Positions 46,625 through 56,234 of a stretch of DNA of 64,000 nt are shown here, piece by piece. The stretch lies in IMG/VR virus record IMGVR_UViG_3300029511_000167; one strand, given 5' to 3'. The translations under genes were made by a program, and so were the position numbers. A model generated the notes under the pieces. It saw only the letters and a program-made list of their open reading frames with translations, did not search any database and was not told where the DNA came from. The DNA is from a virus. Taxonomy: Duplodnaviria; Heunggongvirae; Uroviricota; Caudoviricetes. Within the stretch, counting starts at the first letter, position 1. Every line of letters starts with the position of its first letter.

Positions 46625-47965
46625 ATTTGTCTTGAACTACTCCGACTTATAGAAGTCGGCGATTCTCGTTTCATCCCAGCGGCCAGATATTTCTGGTCTT
46701 ATACCAGTCCACGAAAGGGCTGTCCCAGCCCTCTAATCATTTATATAGACAGGATTCTTAATCCTTCCTTTTGAATGTTTAATGCCGCGTTTATATCTCT
46801 ATCATGTAGGGCACCACATTCTGGGCATGTCCACTGCCTAACACTTAAATCCTTAACCTCTGTATTTTTATAACCACAAGTACTACATAGCTGACTTGAT
46901 GAAAAGAATCTTCCTACTTTTACAACTGTCCTTCCATACCAATCAGACTTATAGGATAACATTCTTTGGAAAGTCCCAAATGCCGCATCCTGAATCTCTT
47001 TTGATAGTTTGTGATTCTTTAACATACCTTTTATGTTTAAATCTTCAATACAGAATGTTCCATATGTTTGGATTAACCAAGTAGTTAATTTATTTAGAAA
47101 GTCTTTTCTTAAATTGGCTACCTTTTCGTGTAAACGAGATACCAAAAGTCTCTGTTTTTCATAACGCCTACTGCCAATTGTTTTTCTTGACAGGATACGT
47201 TGTTCCTTAGAGAGTCTTTTTAACATCTGTTTCAAGCATTTTGGATTATGGATTTTTATTTTATTTGATAATACTGCATAATCCTTAATCCCTAAATCAA
47301 TCCCTACTGTTATATTGTTTTCTGGTAAATGATGTATTTCTTCTTCACAAAGAATCGATACATAATATTTTTCAGAAGGCGTTTGGCTTACGGTAGCGGA
47401 TAAGATCTTCCCATTGCAAGGTCTTGATATTTTTGTTTTTACATATCCAAGTTTTGGGAGTTTTACGAACTTTTCTAATACCGATATACTGTTATTGTTA
47501 TTTTTTGAAGTATAACTGTACTTATGTTTCTTTTTCGATTTAAACTTAGGAAACTTCGCTCTTTTAGAAAAGAAGTTCTTATAGGCCGTATCCAAATTTT
47601 TAATCGCAGACTGTAGCGCTGTTGAATCTACTTCATTTAACCACGAAAAATCCTCATCCTGTTTTAACTTAGTCAATTCTTCTGAGCCGCAGCTGTAGGA
47701 TACCGATTTGTATTCCATACGATATTCCTGAATTCTCATATTTAAGAAATAATTGTATACAAATCTTGCCGATCCAAATGTTTTAGCTAATAGCTTCTTT
47801 TGTTCTTTATTTGGATAGATCCGATATTTATATGTACGATTTATATGCATGGAAGCCTCCTTTCATAGACTACTTATATTATGACCTATTTTTTTAATTT
47901 GACAACTATAGTTTTGTCAATTCATCTCACCGGTTATAGAACCGGGAGTGTTCTTGACGTTTTTT
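46625..47965 (-). mobile_element. IS200/IS605-family element carrying tnpB only (IS1341-like), with matching subterminal hairpins
   Basis: LE hairpin ccggTTATAGAAccgg (47930-47945) and RE hairpin ccgacTTATAGAAgtcgg (46643-46660). No tnpA. An extra hairpin gggctgtcccagccc lies in the predicted omega-RNA region. Confidence 0.6.
46741..47850 (-). CDS. tnpB: TnpB (OrfB) RNA-guided endonuclease of IS200/IS605 family
   Basis: N-terminal [31 protein letters not shown]-terminal zinc finger CSTCGYKN...[18 protein letters not shown]. Confidence 0.85.
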   Translation of the reverse strand: MHINRTYKYRIYPNKEQKKLLAKTFGSARFVYNYFLNMRIQEYRMEYKSVSYSCGSEELTKLKQDEDFSWLNEVDSTALQSAIKNLDTAYKNFFSKRAKFPKFKSKKKHKYSYTSKNNNNSISVLEKFVKLPKLGYVKTKISRPCNGKILSATVSQTPSEKYYVSILCEEEIHHLPENNITVGIDLGIKDYAVLSNKIKIHNPKCLKQMLKRLSKEQRILSRKTIGSRRYEKQRLLVSRLHEKVANLRKDFLNKLTTWLIQTYGTFCIEDLNIKGMLKNHKLSKEIQDAAFGTFQRMLSYKSDWYGRTVVKVGRFFSSSQLCSTCGYKNTEVKDLSVRQWTCPECGALHDRDINAALNIQKEGLRILSI

Positions 47966-48041
47966 GATAAACAAAAATACAAACAGCAGCCGAAGCTACC
48001 GCAGCAGCTGCAGCAATGGCAGTTAATTTTAATTTTGTCAT
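47934..48041 (-). CDS. small hydrophobic protein (35 aa) whose 3' end is formed by the IS left end
   Basis: RBS aggagattgtgccc. Translation MTKLKLTAIAAAAAVASAAVCIFVYQKTSRTLPVL. Motif agtatg at 48090-48095. Confidence 0.3.
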   Translation of the reverse strand: MTKLKLTAIAAAAAVASAAVCIFVYQKTSRTLPVL

Positions 48042-48409
48042 GGGCACAATCTCCTTTACTTTAATATCGTCAATTTTGGTATCTCTTTTAGTATGAAAGA
48101 AATCAGAAAAAAATTTCTTTTATTATGAAAAAAAGCATGAAAAAAAAGCCGCATTTGCGGCTTGAACAAAAACAGATATGTCCGTTTTCTTAAAAGGATC
48201 TGCGAATCATAACAGTGGATTGAGCACCCAAATGGGAAAAATACTTGCTTTTCAGCAAACTTTCTTTTAATCTTTAATATATGTTGTATGAAGGAACCAC
48301 TGTCTCCGCTGCAGTCATAATTAGTATGAGAGAAATGAAGAAAAAAGTGCTGATTTTTTGAAAAAAAATTTAAAAAAAGATGACACAGTGATTTGTGTCA
48401 TCTTTTCTT

Positions 48410-50491
48410 TTAGTATCCTGGCAACCAGTAAACAAATAAAGTGATTGGATCCGACAGGCTGTCTCCTGCATTGTTGTTTAACACGATTCTGTATTTTGTA
48501 TTATGAATGCTTCTGACTGCATGGTCAATCTCCAGATAGAAAGTTCCTGCTTCCGCCTCGTCTGGATAAGTCCGGTACGTTACTCCATTTGCTTCGGTTC
48601 TGGTTTCACCTTCTGAAAGTAAATCATTCCAGGTTGTGCCGTCTGTTGAAATCTGCCAGGTCCAGTGGTTGGTGGATCCGTCTTCTGCCACTCCGCCGCC
48701 TGTATATGCGGCTATTTTTGTTTTGGAGTATGGATACTGAAGTTTCCCTTCCTGAATTAAGTCAGAACTTAGTGGTCCGTATTGTTTGATATACTCTGCT
48801 TCTTCTACTCCCAGATATTCAATAACTTCCGGATTTGCAGTAGTATCAACAATTACCGGTGGCTTTGCAATCCAGTGTGCATAGAGAGTGTGTTCTCTTG
48901 TTGCATTTACGATACTTTCTGCCGTAATTTTTTTGCCACCAGCGGCTTCTGTATACCAGCCATCAAACTGGTAATCCAGTAATTCCGGTTCCGGCAGAAT
49001 TCCGTATGGCTGCAATGGAATGACGATAATGCTGTCCTTGCTGCAGCTTGGCTCTGCATTTGATGCGGCCGGTTTATTTAAATCAAGTGTTACTTTGATT
49101 TCGTTTAATCTACAGTAGCGATAAACCGTTGCGCCAGTTACGGTTACTTTTGCAGCAGTTTCAATGTTTCCATCCATATTTAATCGATACGGTCTGTCGT
49201 CTCCATCAATATAGAAAACGTGGTTTGTATCTGGTTTTAACTTCTGGTCAATATCGCTTCCTTTTACAGTTGTATCATAATTAATATTCTTCTCAAACCG
49301 TTTCAGTTCCTTCTTTTGTGTCTCATCATAAACGATATAGGTAACCGGATACTGATTTACACTCCATTTTGCATAAAGATTTACAGTTCCATTATCATCC
49401 GTTGTCAGATTTTTAACTGCCTGTTGATCCGAATAATTGGTTCCGGTACCTACTTCATTGCTGTTCCATCCAATAAAGGAATGTCCTGTCTTTGCAAATC
49501 CATTGGGTGTCAATGTTTTTTCTGTTTCATAAGTATGAACGGAATATGCCGTACTTCCGGATGTAGCTCCATTTCCATTATATTTTATAGTGTAGGAGAT
49601 ATAGCGAACAAAGATCACATGGTTACACCGGGTACATTTCTTTTTAATCTGACCATTCTCGCTGTATTCCGCTCCATAGTTATGCCCTAATGCAGAGGTC
49701 GCAGCAGACGCAACGTAGCCGCAAGTGCCGCATTTCCGGTACTGAGTTCCACCGACGGTACAGGTTGCCGTATTTCCATACCAGCTGCCAAAGCCATGAG
49801 CGACGGACGACCATGTAAGTCCACACACATTACAGTATTTCCAATGGTTGGAGCCATTGTACTGCCATTTCCAGTTACCATTTCGATTATGGCTTGTTGA
49901 CCAGGTTCCGCACTGTGTACAGGCTCTATAATGATTTTCTCCAGAGGTTAACCAGCCGCTGACGCATTGACCTGGGTGGCTGCAGCTGGTGCCGACGTTG
50001 TTGAAATATTTGATAGTTCTTCTGTTATAATAATCAGAATTTTTTGCATTTAAATTTGACGTCCAAATATATAATGTATAATTGGCACCAGTATTGTATA
50101 ATGCCCTACCGCCAATGGACATGTTTCCATTTCGTCTTAAATAGATATTGGTTGCAGCAGTTCCATAAAACGCCTCAGATCCTATACTGCTAACATTTGC
50201 AGCGACATCAATGCTTCCTGTAATTCTGCCACGTAAATGATACCACGGATATGCACTGTCTACACTTGCAGCATCACACGTTCCGTCTCCACCACTTCTC
50301 TGACGAATATACAATGTCCCGCCTGTAAAGTTCCACTCAATCCCGTCCCATGCACTGTAATATCCTTCGCCTGCTTCTGCTTCTATCCTGCTACTGCTGA
50401 CGGTAAGAAATAAAATTAAAATCAACATAGATAGGATTTTAAGCCAAACCGGATCATCCCGCATATATTTTCTTTTTTTATTTTCTATCAT
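48410..50491 (-). CDS. secreted surface protein with Listeria-Bacteroides (Flg_new) type repeats
   Basis: Signal/TM region LKILSMLILILFLTVSSS. Repeats such as YTIKYNGNGATSGS...TLTPNGFAKTGHSFIGWNS. Terminator agatgacacagtgatttgtgtcatct downstream. Confidence 0.6.
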   Translation of the reverse strand: MIENKKRKYMRDDPVWLKILSMLILILFLTVSSSRIEAEAGEGYYSAWDGIEWNFTGGTLYIRQRSGGDGTCDAASVDSAYPWYHLRGRITGSIDVAANVSSIGSEAFYGTAATNIYLRRNGNMSIGGRALYNTGANYTLYIWTSNLNAKNSDYYNRRTIKYFNNVGTSCSHPGQCVSGWLTSGENHYRACTQCGTWSTSHNRNGNWKWQYNGSNHWKYCNVCGLTWSSVAHGFGSWYGNTATCTVGGTQYRKCGTCGYVASAATSALGHNYGAEYSENGQIKKKCTRCNHVIFVRYISYTIKYNGNGATSGSTAYSVHTYETEKTLTPNGFAKTGHSFIGWNSNEVGTGTNYSDQQAVKNLTTDDNGTVNLYAKWSVNQYPVTYIVYDETQKKELKRFEKNINYDTTVKGSDIDQKLKPDTNHVFYIDGDDRPYRLNMDGNIETAAKVTVTGATVYRYCRLNEIKVTLDLNKPAASNAEPSCSKDSIIVIPLQPYGILPEPELLDYQFDGWYTEAAGGKKITAESIVNATREHTLYAHWIAKPPVIVDTTANPEVIEYLGVEEAEYIKQYGPLSSDLIQEGKLQYPYSKTKIAAYTGGGVAEDGSTNHWTWQISTDGTTWNDLLSEGETRTEANGVTYRTYPDEAEAGTFYLEIDHAVRSIHNTKYRIVLNNNAGDSLSDPITLFVYWLPGY

Positions 50492-50765
50492 ACTTTCCTC
50501 CCAAGCACTGCTGCTGCATCTGAATAATATACTTATTCTTTAGTATGCAAGATGGAATATGCGTTTGATTTTCTTTTGATCAAAAAAGTTTATTCTTTCA
50601 ATAACAATGGATAAAGAAAAATAGGCTATTCGATAACTACGAATGGCCTATTTTTTTGTTAATATTAATTTTCTGAATCCAACAAGCGGAAAAGAATCGT
50701 ATCAATGTTTCGAAAGTAAGCCATTTCTCCAGAGGAGAGATTCGGCTTAACTTAATAACATTGGC

Positions 50766-52355
50766 TTACGCTTCCTTATAAATCAGATGTTCTTTTCTAG
50801 ACAGCTTTTTACAAAATTCTTTTGCAAAATCAATTACATCTTTTCGATGTACTTTATTATTGTATTTTCCAAGAATCTGAACCAGTTCTCCATCTTTGTA
50901 CTCAGCAGTTACAAACGATTCTTCCGGATGTTCTTTTGTCCGAACAAAGAAAACGATATCTTTTTTTCTAATCACAGACTCTACATAAGATGCAACGCAG
51001 TTATGCTGTTCTCTTCCTTCTACAACAAAATCCATTGTAGATTTTGGAATGATAATCGTTAATTCCGGATGTGCTGGGATCTGTTTTTCGCAGTTAACTG
51101 CAATCTGGTGTAACACAATATCATTGTGTTCATTTTTATGTGCGTGATAAGCGTTCATCATATTATCATGTGCTTGTCTAATATTTGAAGGAAATAAATC
51201 TGGTTTTACGCCCATAATAGAAGACATTTCCAAATAATCTTCAAGAAATCTTATAGAACTCCAATCATCATCATCATCAGATTGTCGTTTAAGATAATTC
51301 AAAAGTTTCTCTATCTTATATCCATATTTCAATAAACTCGCGATTGCAGCTAACCGATCATTATACATGGTAGTTATTTCATTTGACTGGTACAGTTTTA
51401 AAAAGTGTTCTTTGCTTAATGGGTCATAGGAAAATATCTCAGCCCACATTTCATATTCGCACAATGGCGCATCAATCTCTTTAAAATAGTCAGCTACAAA
51501 TTTAGGTACGCATAGAGCTAAAGAACCTTTTGTAGTGTCTTTTACAATCTTTGAAATTTTCTTCCCATTTTTTCGGATCCCTTCTTTATTATATGCACAC
51601 ATGACTTCTTTGAATATTCCTGCTATCAATTTTGTATAATTCATTTTAACCAGAAGCTCAATTGCAGGATATTCTGTCAATAAATACAGATATAACATGA
51701 ACGCTACATTTCTTGGAATTTCCAATTCGATATTATTCATGAACTGGATAAATCCAGTTTTTTTTGCAAAATCTTTATTTTTCAAGATAAAATCCATCAA
51801 ATTATCAGCGCCCTGAAATATCATAGGAATACCTTCACGAATAGTCCTTGTATTGATTCGAAAAGAATCAAAAAGATCCGTTGGTTCCTCTCCAGTTCTT
51901 GTCAGCTTAAAGGCCTTTGACTTTTCACCAATTTTAATCTCAATGTAATCAAATATTTTTAATTTTAATTCAACTGGTGTTTCCTGAGTCTTAATTATGT
52001 TGCTCTGTATTTGAAAAAAAATAATCTGAATTCCATTTTCAATATTTTTTACGAAAAACTGTTTTTCGCTTAAATATTGAGATGGTTTTTTTTCTCTAAA
52101 ATTTTTGGGATATATTTCTGTTACATACTGATGACATCTCGGACAACAATATCCTTTGAACGGTTTTCCATTATTTGGCTTGCAAAAACAGGTAGAAGAA
52201 ATGCCCACAACATGCTTTCGCTGCCATGCCTCATATTTAGGATTAATTTCGGTAACAACTCCATAAGATATTTTCATTTTTTCTTTGATGTAATCCTGCT
52301 CTTCTTTTGTTAGTTCTAACATATTCATTGTTTCCTTTCTATTATTATTCTTCAA
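50766..52355 (-). CDS. PcfJ-like protein
   Basis: C-terminal VVEGREQHNCVASYV resembles the PcfJ family signature. 529 aa. Confidence 0.5.
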   Translation of the reverse strand: MKNNNRKETMNMLELTKEEQDYIKEKMKISYGVVTEINPKYEAWQRKHVVGISSTCFCKPNNGKPFKGYCCPRCHQYVTEIYPKNFREKKPSQYLSEKQFFVKNIENGIQIIFFQIQSNIIKTQETPVELKLKIFDYIEIKIGEKSKAFKLTRTGEEPTDLFDSFRINTRTIREGIPMIFQGADNLMDFILKNKDFAKKTGFIQFMNNIELEIPRNVAFMLYLYLLTEYPAIELLVKMNYTKLIAGIFKEVMCAYNKEGIRKNGKKISKIVKDTTKGSLALCVPKFVADYFKEIDAPLCEYEMWAEIFSYDPLSKEHFLKLYQSNEITTMYNDRLAAIASLLKYGYKIEKLLNYLKRQSDDDDDWSSIRFLEDYLEMSSIMGVKPDLFPSNIRQAHDNMMNAYHAHKNEHNDIVLHQIAVNCEKQIPAHPELTIIIPKSTMDFVVEGREQHNCVASYVESVIRKKDIVFFVRTKEHPEESFVTAEYKDGELVQILGKYNNKVHRKDVIDFAKEFCKKLSRKEHLIYKEA

Positions 52356-52371
52356 TTAAATTTCTTCCATC

Positions 52372-52698
52372 CTATAAATTAAGGAAATTCATGTTTTTCT
52401 TTCTTCGCTTAGCTTGCTTATAATCTTTGTGTGTGTTTACAAAGTTAAATATCCATATCGCTTCAACAATAGGGTATACAATGTATTCTAAAACGGTAAA
52501 TGCTATATTATAAGTTGCTATCATATACTCTTGAATACACAATCCAAATATAAATGCACCAGTCAATATTATATTGCACACAATATATCCACTCATATAG
52601 GCTTTAATTTCATCAACTGAATGATATAGGTATGAATAGTCTTTATCCTTTTTTTTGATATAATCTCGTTCTTCTTTTCTTGGTTCTATCATATTCAT
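52372..52698 (-). CDS. hypothetical membrane protein sharing a duplicated N-terminus with the PcfJ-like gene
   Basis: Start MNMIEPRKEERDYIKKK versus MNMLELTKEEQDYIKEK; both lie inside an approximately 80-bp direct repeat. Confidence 0.45.
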   Translation of the reverse strand: MNMIEPRKEERDYIKKKDKDYSYLYHSVDEIKAYMSGYIVCNIILTGAFIFGLCIQEYMIATYNIAFTVLEYIVYPIVEAIWIFNFVNTHKDYKQAKRRKKNMNFLNL

Positions 52699-52715
52699 TG
52701 TTTCCTTTCTATTTT

Positions 52716-52955
52716 TTATTCTTCAATTAACAATGGAAAATTTTCAAAGATCACTGTTTTTTGTTCCAGTTTTTCCCATTCCTTCTTCCACTTTCCTTCT
52801 TTGATTTCCTTAATGATATGACATCCATTCCCACCCGCTGCGGCTGCGGTGCTTGCCTGTGGTGTTATTCCTGACATAGCTGCAGCTGCAATGAGAGTTC
52901 CAATTATCTGTTTCTTGTATTTTCTGATAAGCTTTCTTTTTAATCTTTTGAGCAT
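52716..52955 (-). CDS. hypothetical protein
   Basis: 79-aa ORF with a STAAAAGGNGC segment. Confidence 0.4.
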   Translation of the reverse strand: MLKRLKRKLIRKYKKQIIGTLIAAAAMSGITPQASTAAAAGGNGCHIIKEIKEGKWKKEWEKLEQKTVIFENFPLLIEE

Positions 52956-53048
52956 GACTAATTCCTTTCTCTTTTTCTCTTATTTTCTTTAATATGGAAA
53001 ATTTTCCAGCATAATAATATTGAAAACAGAAAAAAAGGAGAACTTATT

Positions 53049-53675
53049 ATGAAATACTATGCAGTAAAAAAAGGAAGGAAAACAGGAATTTTTTCAACCT
53101 GGGATGCTTGTAAAGCTTCTGTTCATGGCTATCCTGGTGCGATTTATAAAAGCTTTGCATCTATGGAAGATGCCAAGGCATTCATTTCAGGATCTGAAGG
53201 AAAAAAGAAAATGAAAAAGCCCTCTTCTGTCAGCAATGATGCAGTAGCCTACGTGGATGGCAGCTACAACCGAAGTACAAAGACATACGGTTCTGGTGTT
53301 GTGTTTTTCATGAATGGGACACAGGAAAATATCAAGAAAGCGGGAACGGATCCAGAAATGGAGGAAATGTGGAATGTGGCTGGTGAAGTGGTTGCAGCTA
53401 TGATTGCAATGGAACGAGCCAAAGAACTTGGAGCGAAGAAATTAACTATCTACCACGATTATAACGGCATTGCTGGTTGGGTAGTCGGATCTGAAAACGG
53501 GTCTTATCGAACAAAAGTATGGAACGCAGAAAAAGCCGGTGCGATTCGCTACAAGGGCTTCGCTGAAAAAATGCTAAAAGATATGAAAATTGAATTTGTG
53601 AAAGTAAAAGCCCATTCCGGAGATCAATATAATGAGCTGGCAGACAAATTAGCAAAACAAGCCTGTGGAGTCTAG
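53049..53675 (+). CDS. rnhA: ribonuclease HI with N-terminal hybrid-binding domain
   Basis: N-terminal YYAVKKGRKTGIFSTWDACKASVHGYPGAIYKSFASMEDAKAF. RNase H motifs AYVDGSY and HSGDQYNELADKLAK. RBS aaaaaggagaac. Confidence 0.8.
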   Translation: MKYYAVKKGRKTGIFSTWDACKASVHGYPGAIYKSFASMEDAKAFISGSEGKKKMKKPSSVSNDAVAYVDGSYNRSTKTYGSGVVFFMNGTQENIKKAGTDPEMEEMWNVAGEVVAAMIAMERAKELGAKKLTIYHDYNGIAGWVVGSENGSYRTKVWNAEKAGAIRYKGFAEKMLKDMKIEFVKVKAHSGDQYNELADKLAKQACGV

Positions 53676-53994
53676 AAAGGAACATGAAAAAATGAAAGCA
53701 GAACGAGCCATTGAAAAAATGTTGGTAGCTAATATCAGACATATCCGACCGCAGACAGCGGAATGGTTAACTGAAGGTGGCTATCAAAATATGATGTATG
53801 AAAAACGGGATGGAGATTTATACGGATGGTTTCTTTCCATCAATTTGGATGAACCTGACTCATATACATCAGCGGACATTCCGGATGACTTGCGAGACGT
53901 GTTTGCAGCTGCTGCCGCAGAGCATTGCTGGTGGGTTTGTCTGGATCCAGAAGGATTTGAAATTGATTCTTTACTGCTATATGATTGGGATTAA
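53665..53994 (+). CDS. hypothetical protein
   Basis: 109-aa ORF. Terminator aaaaagagccttatggctcttttttt downstream. Confidence 0.45.
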   Translation: MESRKEHEKMKAERAIEKMLVANIRHIRPQTAEWLTEGGYQNMMYEKRDGDLYGWFLSINLDEPDSYTSADIPDDLRDVFAAAAAEHCWWVCLDPEGFEIDSLLLYDWD

Positions 53995-54028
53995 AAAAAG
54001 AGCCTTATGGCTCTTTTTTTTAAGCGGT

Positions 54029-55084
54029 TTAATTATTGATGATGAATAAATAATTTTCCTTCAGTTCTCTTTTGGCTTTTTGAAAACAAGATTCTGGAAT
54101 TTGAAAATCTTCGTAGGCAGCTTGAATAATATGTTCCATTTCTGTCAGGTTTGGAAGTTCTATATGAAATGAGTCTGTTAATTCCAGCTGTTCTTTCCTG
54201 GTATTTGCAAATGGTTTAATTTCTTTTGTACCATTCCATCCAAGACAGGATCCTGAGTCAAATAACGGAGCAAATTTTAAAACCTCTAACGTATTAGAAT
54301 TTCTAATTATCCCAAAATTTTTCTCATGACGATCTGTATTTCCAATGAGAATATCAAATACAATCATCTGGTTTAATTCTTTTTTGAATCCGAGTTCGGA
54401 AAATGCCTGGTATAATGCTACTCCAGATGCTTTTCTTCCTTTTCCAATTTGATTTGCATTAATAAATTCTTCTCTATCATTTTTTATAAAACTTTTGCAG
54501 CCGCAAACCATTTCATCCACATCGTTTAATTTTACAGAAAAGTATTCTACCGCCTGCAGCTGCATCAGCTTTGCAATCGCAGATGCGGCTACTTCGTTTG
54601 CGCTGAGCAAATTTTTTCCGTCTGCATGTGGTCCATAATTTCCAAATTTAAGCAAAATCGAAGTATTATCATGTAGTATCCATTGCTTTTTCAAGTCTCC
54701 GTCTGTTGTTAGGTCTGGAGTATCAAACGTTCTTCTATAACGACTGCAATCAAACGGATTCTGATGAAAATTAATATCTTCCCAGGATATTTCCTCGCCT
54801 ACGTTTTTCATCCAGTAGCAATCGGTTAAACTTGCCATATGACCGTTTTTCAGCGCATGTTCCAGTGGCAGCACATCCTTTAAACTTGCAATCTCCTGCC
54901 GTGTATCAGGAATACTTCTCATCGCATTCCAGGCGGAAAGAAGATGCGGCTGCAGCTGCGGATATTCAGTATAAGTCCCAACCGGTAGCAGACTTCGATT
55001 TAACACAGAAGCAGCTGCAATTTTGCGGCCGCAGACGCGGATAGCGGCAACCGGTGTGTTCTTGTGCATGAGTATACGTTCCAT
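54029..55084 (-). CDS. HipA-like Ser/Thr kinase family protein
   Basis: VFDILIGNTDRHEKNFGII matches the HipA catalytic motif. Paralog of 19739..21205. Confidence 0.7.
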   Translation of the reverse strand: MERILMHKNTPVAAIRVCGRKIAAASVLNRSLLPVGTYTEYPQLQPHLLSAWNAMRSIPDTRQEIASLKDVLPLEHALKNGHMASLTDCYWMKNVGEEISWEDINFHQNPFDCSRYRRTFDTPDLTTDGDLKKQWILHDNTSILLKFGNYGPHADGKNLLSANEVAASAIAKLMQLQAVEYFSVKLNDVDEMVCGCKSFIKNDREEFINANQIGKGRKASGVALYQAFSELGFKKELNQMIVFDILIGNTDRHEKNFGIIRNSNTLEVLKFAPLFDSGSCLGWNGTKEIKPFANTRKEQLELTDSFHIELPNLTEMEHIIQAAYEDFQIPESCFQKAKRELKENYLFIINN

Positions 55085-55238
55085 ATTTTTTTCCTCCTAT
55101 CATTAGGATGACAGAAAATGGAAAAAAAAGAGAAAAAAAGAGCCGAAAATGGCTCTTTCCAACTACAAGTGCAATGCTTGTACGTTGATATTACATTATA
55201 GATAGAATATACGAAATTTTCATGTTTGTCAATTAATT

Positions 55239-55886
55239 TTAATCTTCTTTTAAATTTAAAGTATCTTTGATCTTGTCATCAATATCCGTGAATATCCTTT
55301 TTGAACAATCTTTTAGTTTTTTCTCATCTTTAAGATAAACTAATTCGTCATAGATATCCAATGTTTCTTTTTTTGCTACTATCATTATAATTTTCTTTTC
55401 CTCATCTGCATCTTTTGACGTTCCAGCTTTTCTCAAACTTCTGGCTTTATTAATGGAACCGACAAAGGCTACACAGGTCTTCATGCTATCATTTCTTATC
55501 GCAGTTGGAAAAATTTTTGTGTGCGTATTTAAATTTTTCAACAATAATATTTTGTCTGATTTTGAATACAATAGTTCTTGTAAATTTGCAATTCGTGTCA
55601 CTTTACTTTTCAACGTACTCCAGTCATATTTCTGTTCAGATAAAATATTTCCGTTATTAATTTTTTCTTCCAAACACATTCTGAAAAAGTCATTTTCGGA
55701 TAAGTCAGTTTCTATTCCCGTCAAGTGTTTAAAATCATCTGAAAAAAATCGAATGCATACTGTTGTTTCGTCATGACATAGAATTTTAAACACTTTTCCA
55801 TTTAAGAAAGTATCATAATTTTTCGCACCTTTAATAATGTTTTTACGTATTCTATTTTTATTTCCATCTGTTAAATGATGTTTCAT
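55239..55886 (-). CDS. hypothetical protein
   Basis: 215-aa ORF. A terminator hairpin agagccgaaaatggctct lies at about 55138-55156. Confidence 0.5.
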   Translation of the reverse strand: MKHHLTDGNKNRIRKNIIKGAKNYDTFLNGKVFKILCHDETTVCIRFFSDDFKHLTGIETDLSENDFFRMCLEEKINNGNILSEQKYDWSTLKSKVTRIANLQELLYSKSDKILLLKNLNTHTKIFPTAIRNDSMKTCVAFVGSINKARSLRKAGTSKDADEEKKIIMIVAKKETLDIYDELVYLKDEKKLKDCSKRIFTDIDDKIKDTLNLKED

Positions 55887-55917
55887 GTTTAATTATCCTT
55901 TGTTTATAAAATAAAAG

Positions 55918-55937
55918 GCAGGAGAATTTCTCCTGCC
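55918..55937 (-). terminator. rho-independent terminator hairpin gcaggagaatttctcctgcc
   Basis: Followed on the minus strand by TTTTATTTTAT. It closes the transcript containing the AbrB-like gene and the tandem repeats. Confidence 0.5.
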
Positions 55938-55940
55938 CTG

Positions 55941-56108
55941 CAAGTTTTCTGCTGGTTATCAGCCTTGTATATCCTATAGATATACCATACCGGACTTGGA
56001 TTTTTACCGACTTCCAATTGTCTACAAGTTTTCTGTTGCTTGTCAACCTTGTATATCCTATAGACATACTATACCGGACTTGGATTTTTACCGACTTCCA
56101 ATTGTCTA
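55941..56108. repeat. tandem direct repeat, 2 x 84 bp (about 90 percent identical)
   Basis: Unit 1 is 55941-56024 and unit 2 is 56025-56108. Each contains the palindrome GTATATC-CTATAG-GATATAC (degenerate in unit 2). Unit 2 carries a plus-oriented CATACTA motif. Confidence 0.8.
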
Positions 56109-56234
56109 TAACTTAGAATGCTTGCACATTAGAATATTACTATTCTATTATCATAATATAACAAACAATTCTATTTGTCAATATTATTATGCTTGAAATT
56201 TTGATAAATAATCGTTCAATAAATTACTATCTAA

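Noticed and set aside
55858-56196. ORFs 55858..56067 (minus) and 55996..56196 (plus) spanning the tandem 84-bp repeats; also considered as a CRISPR array
   Set aside because: Their amino-acid repeats (SIGYTRL...) simply mirror the DNA tandem repeat. There are only two units, they are 84 bp long and lack unique spacers, so this is not a CRISPR array. The region lies between a terminator and the AbrB-like gene.
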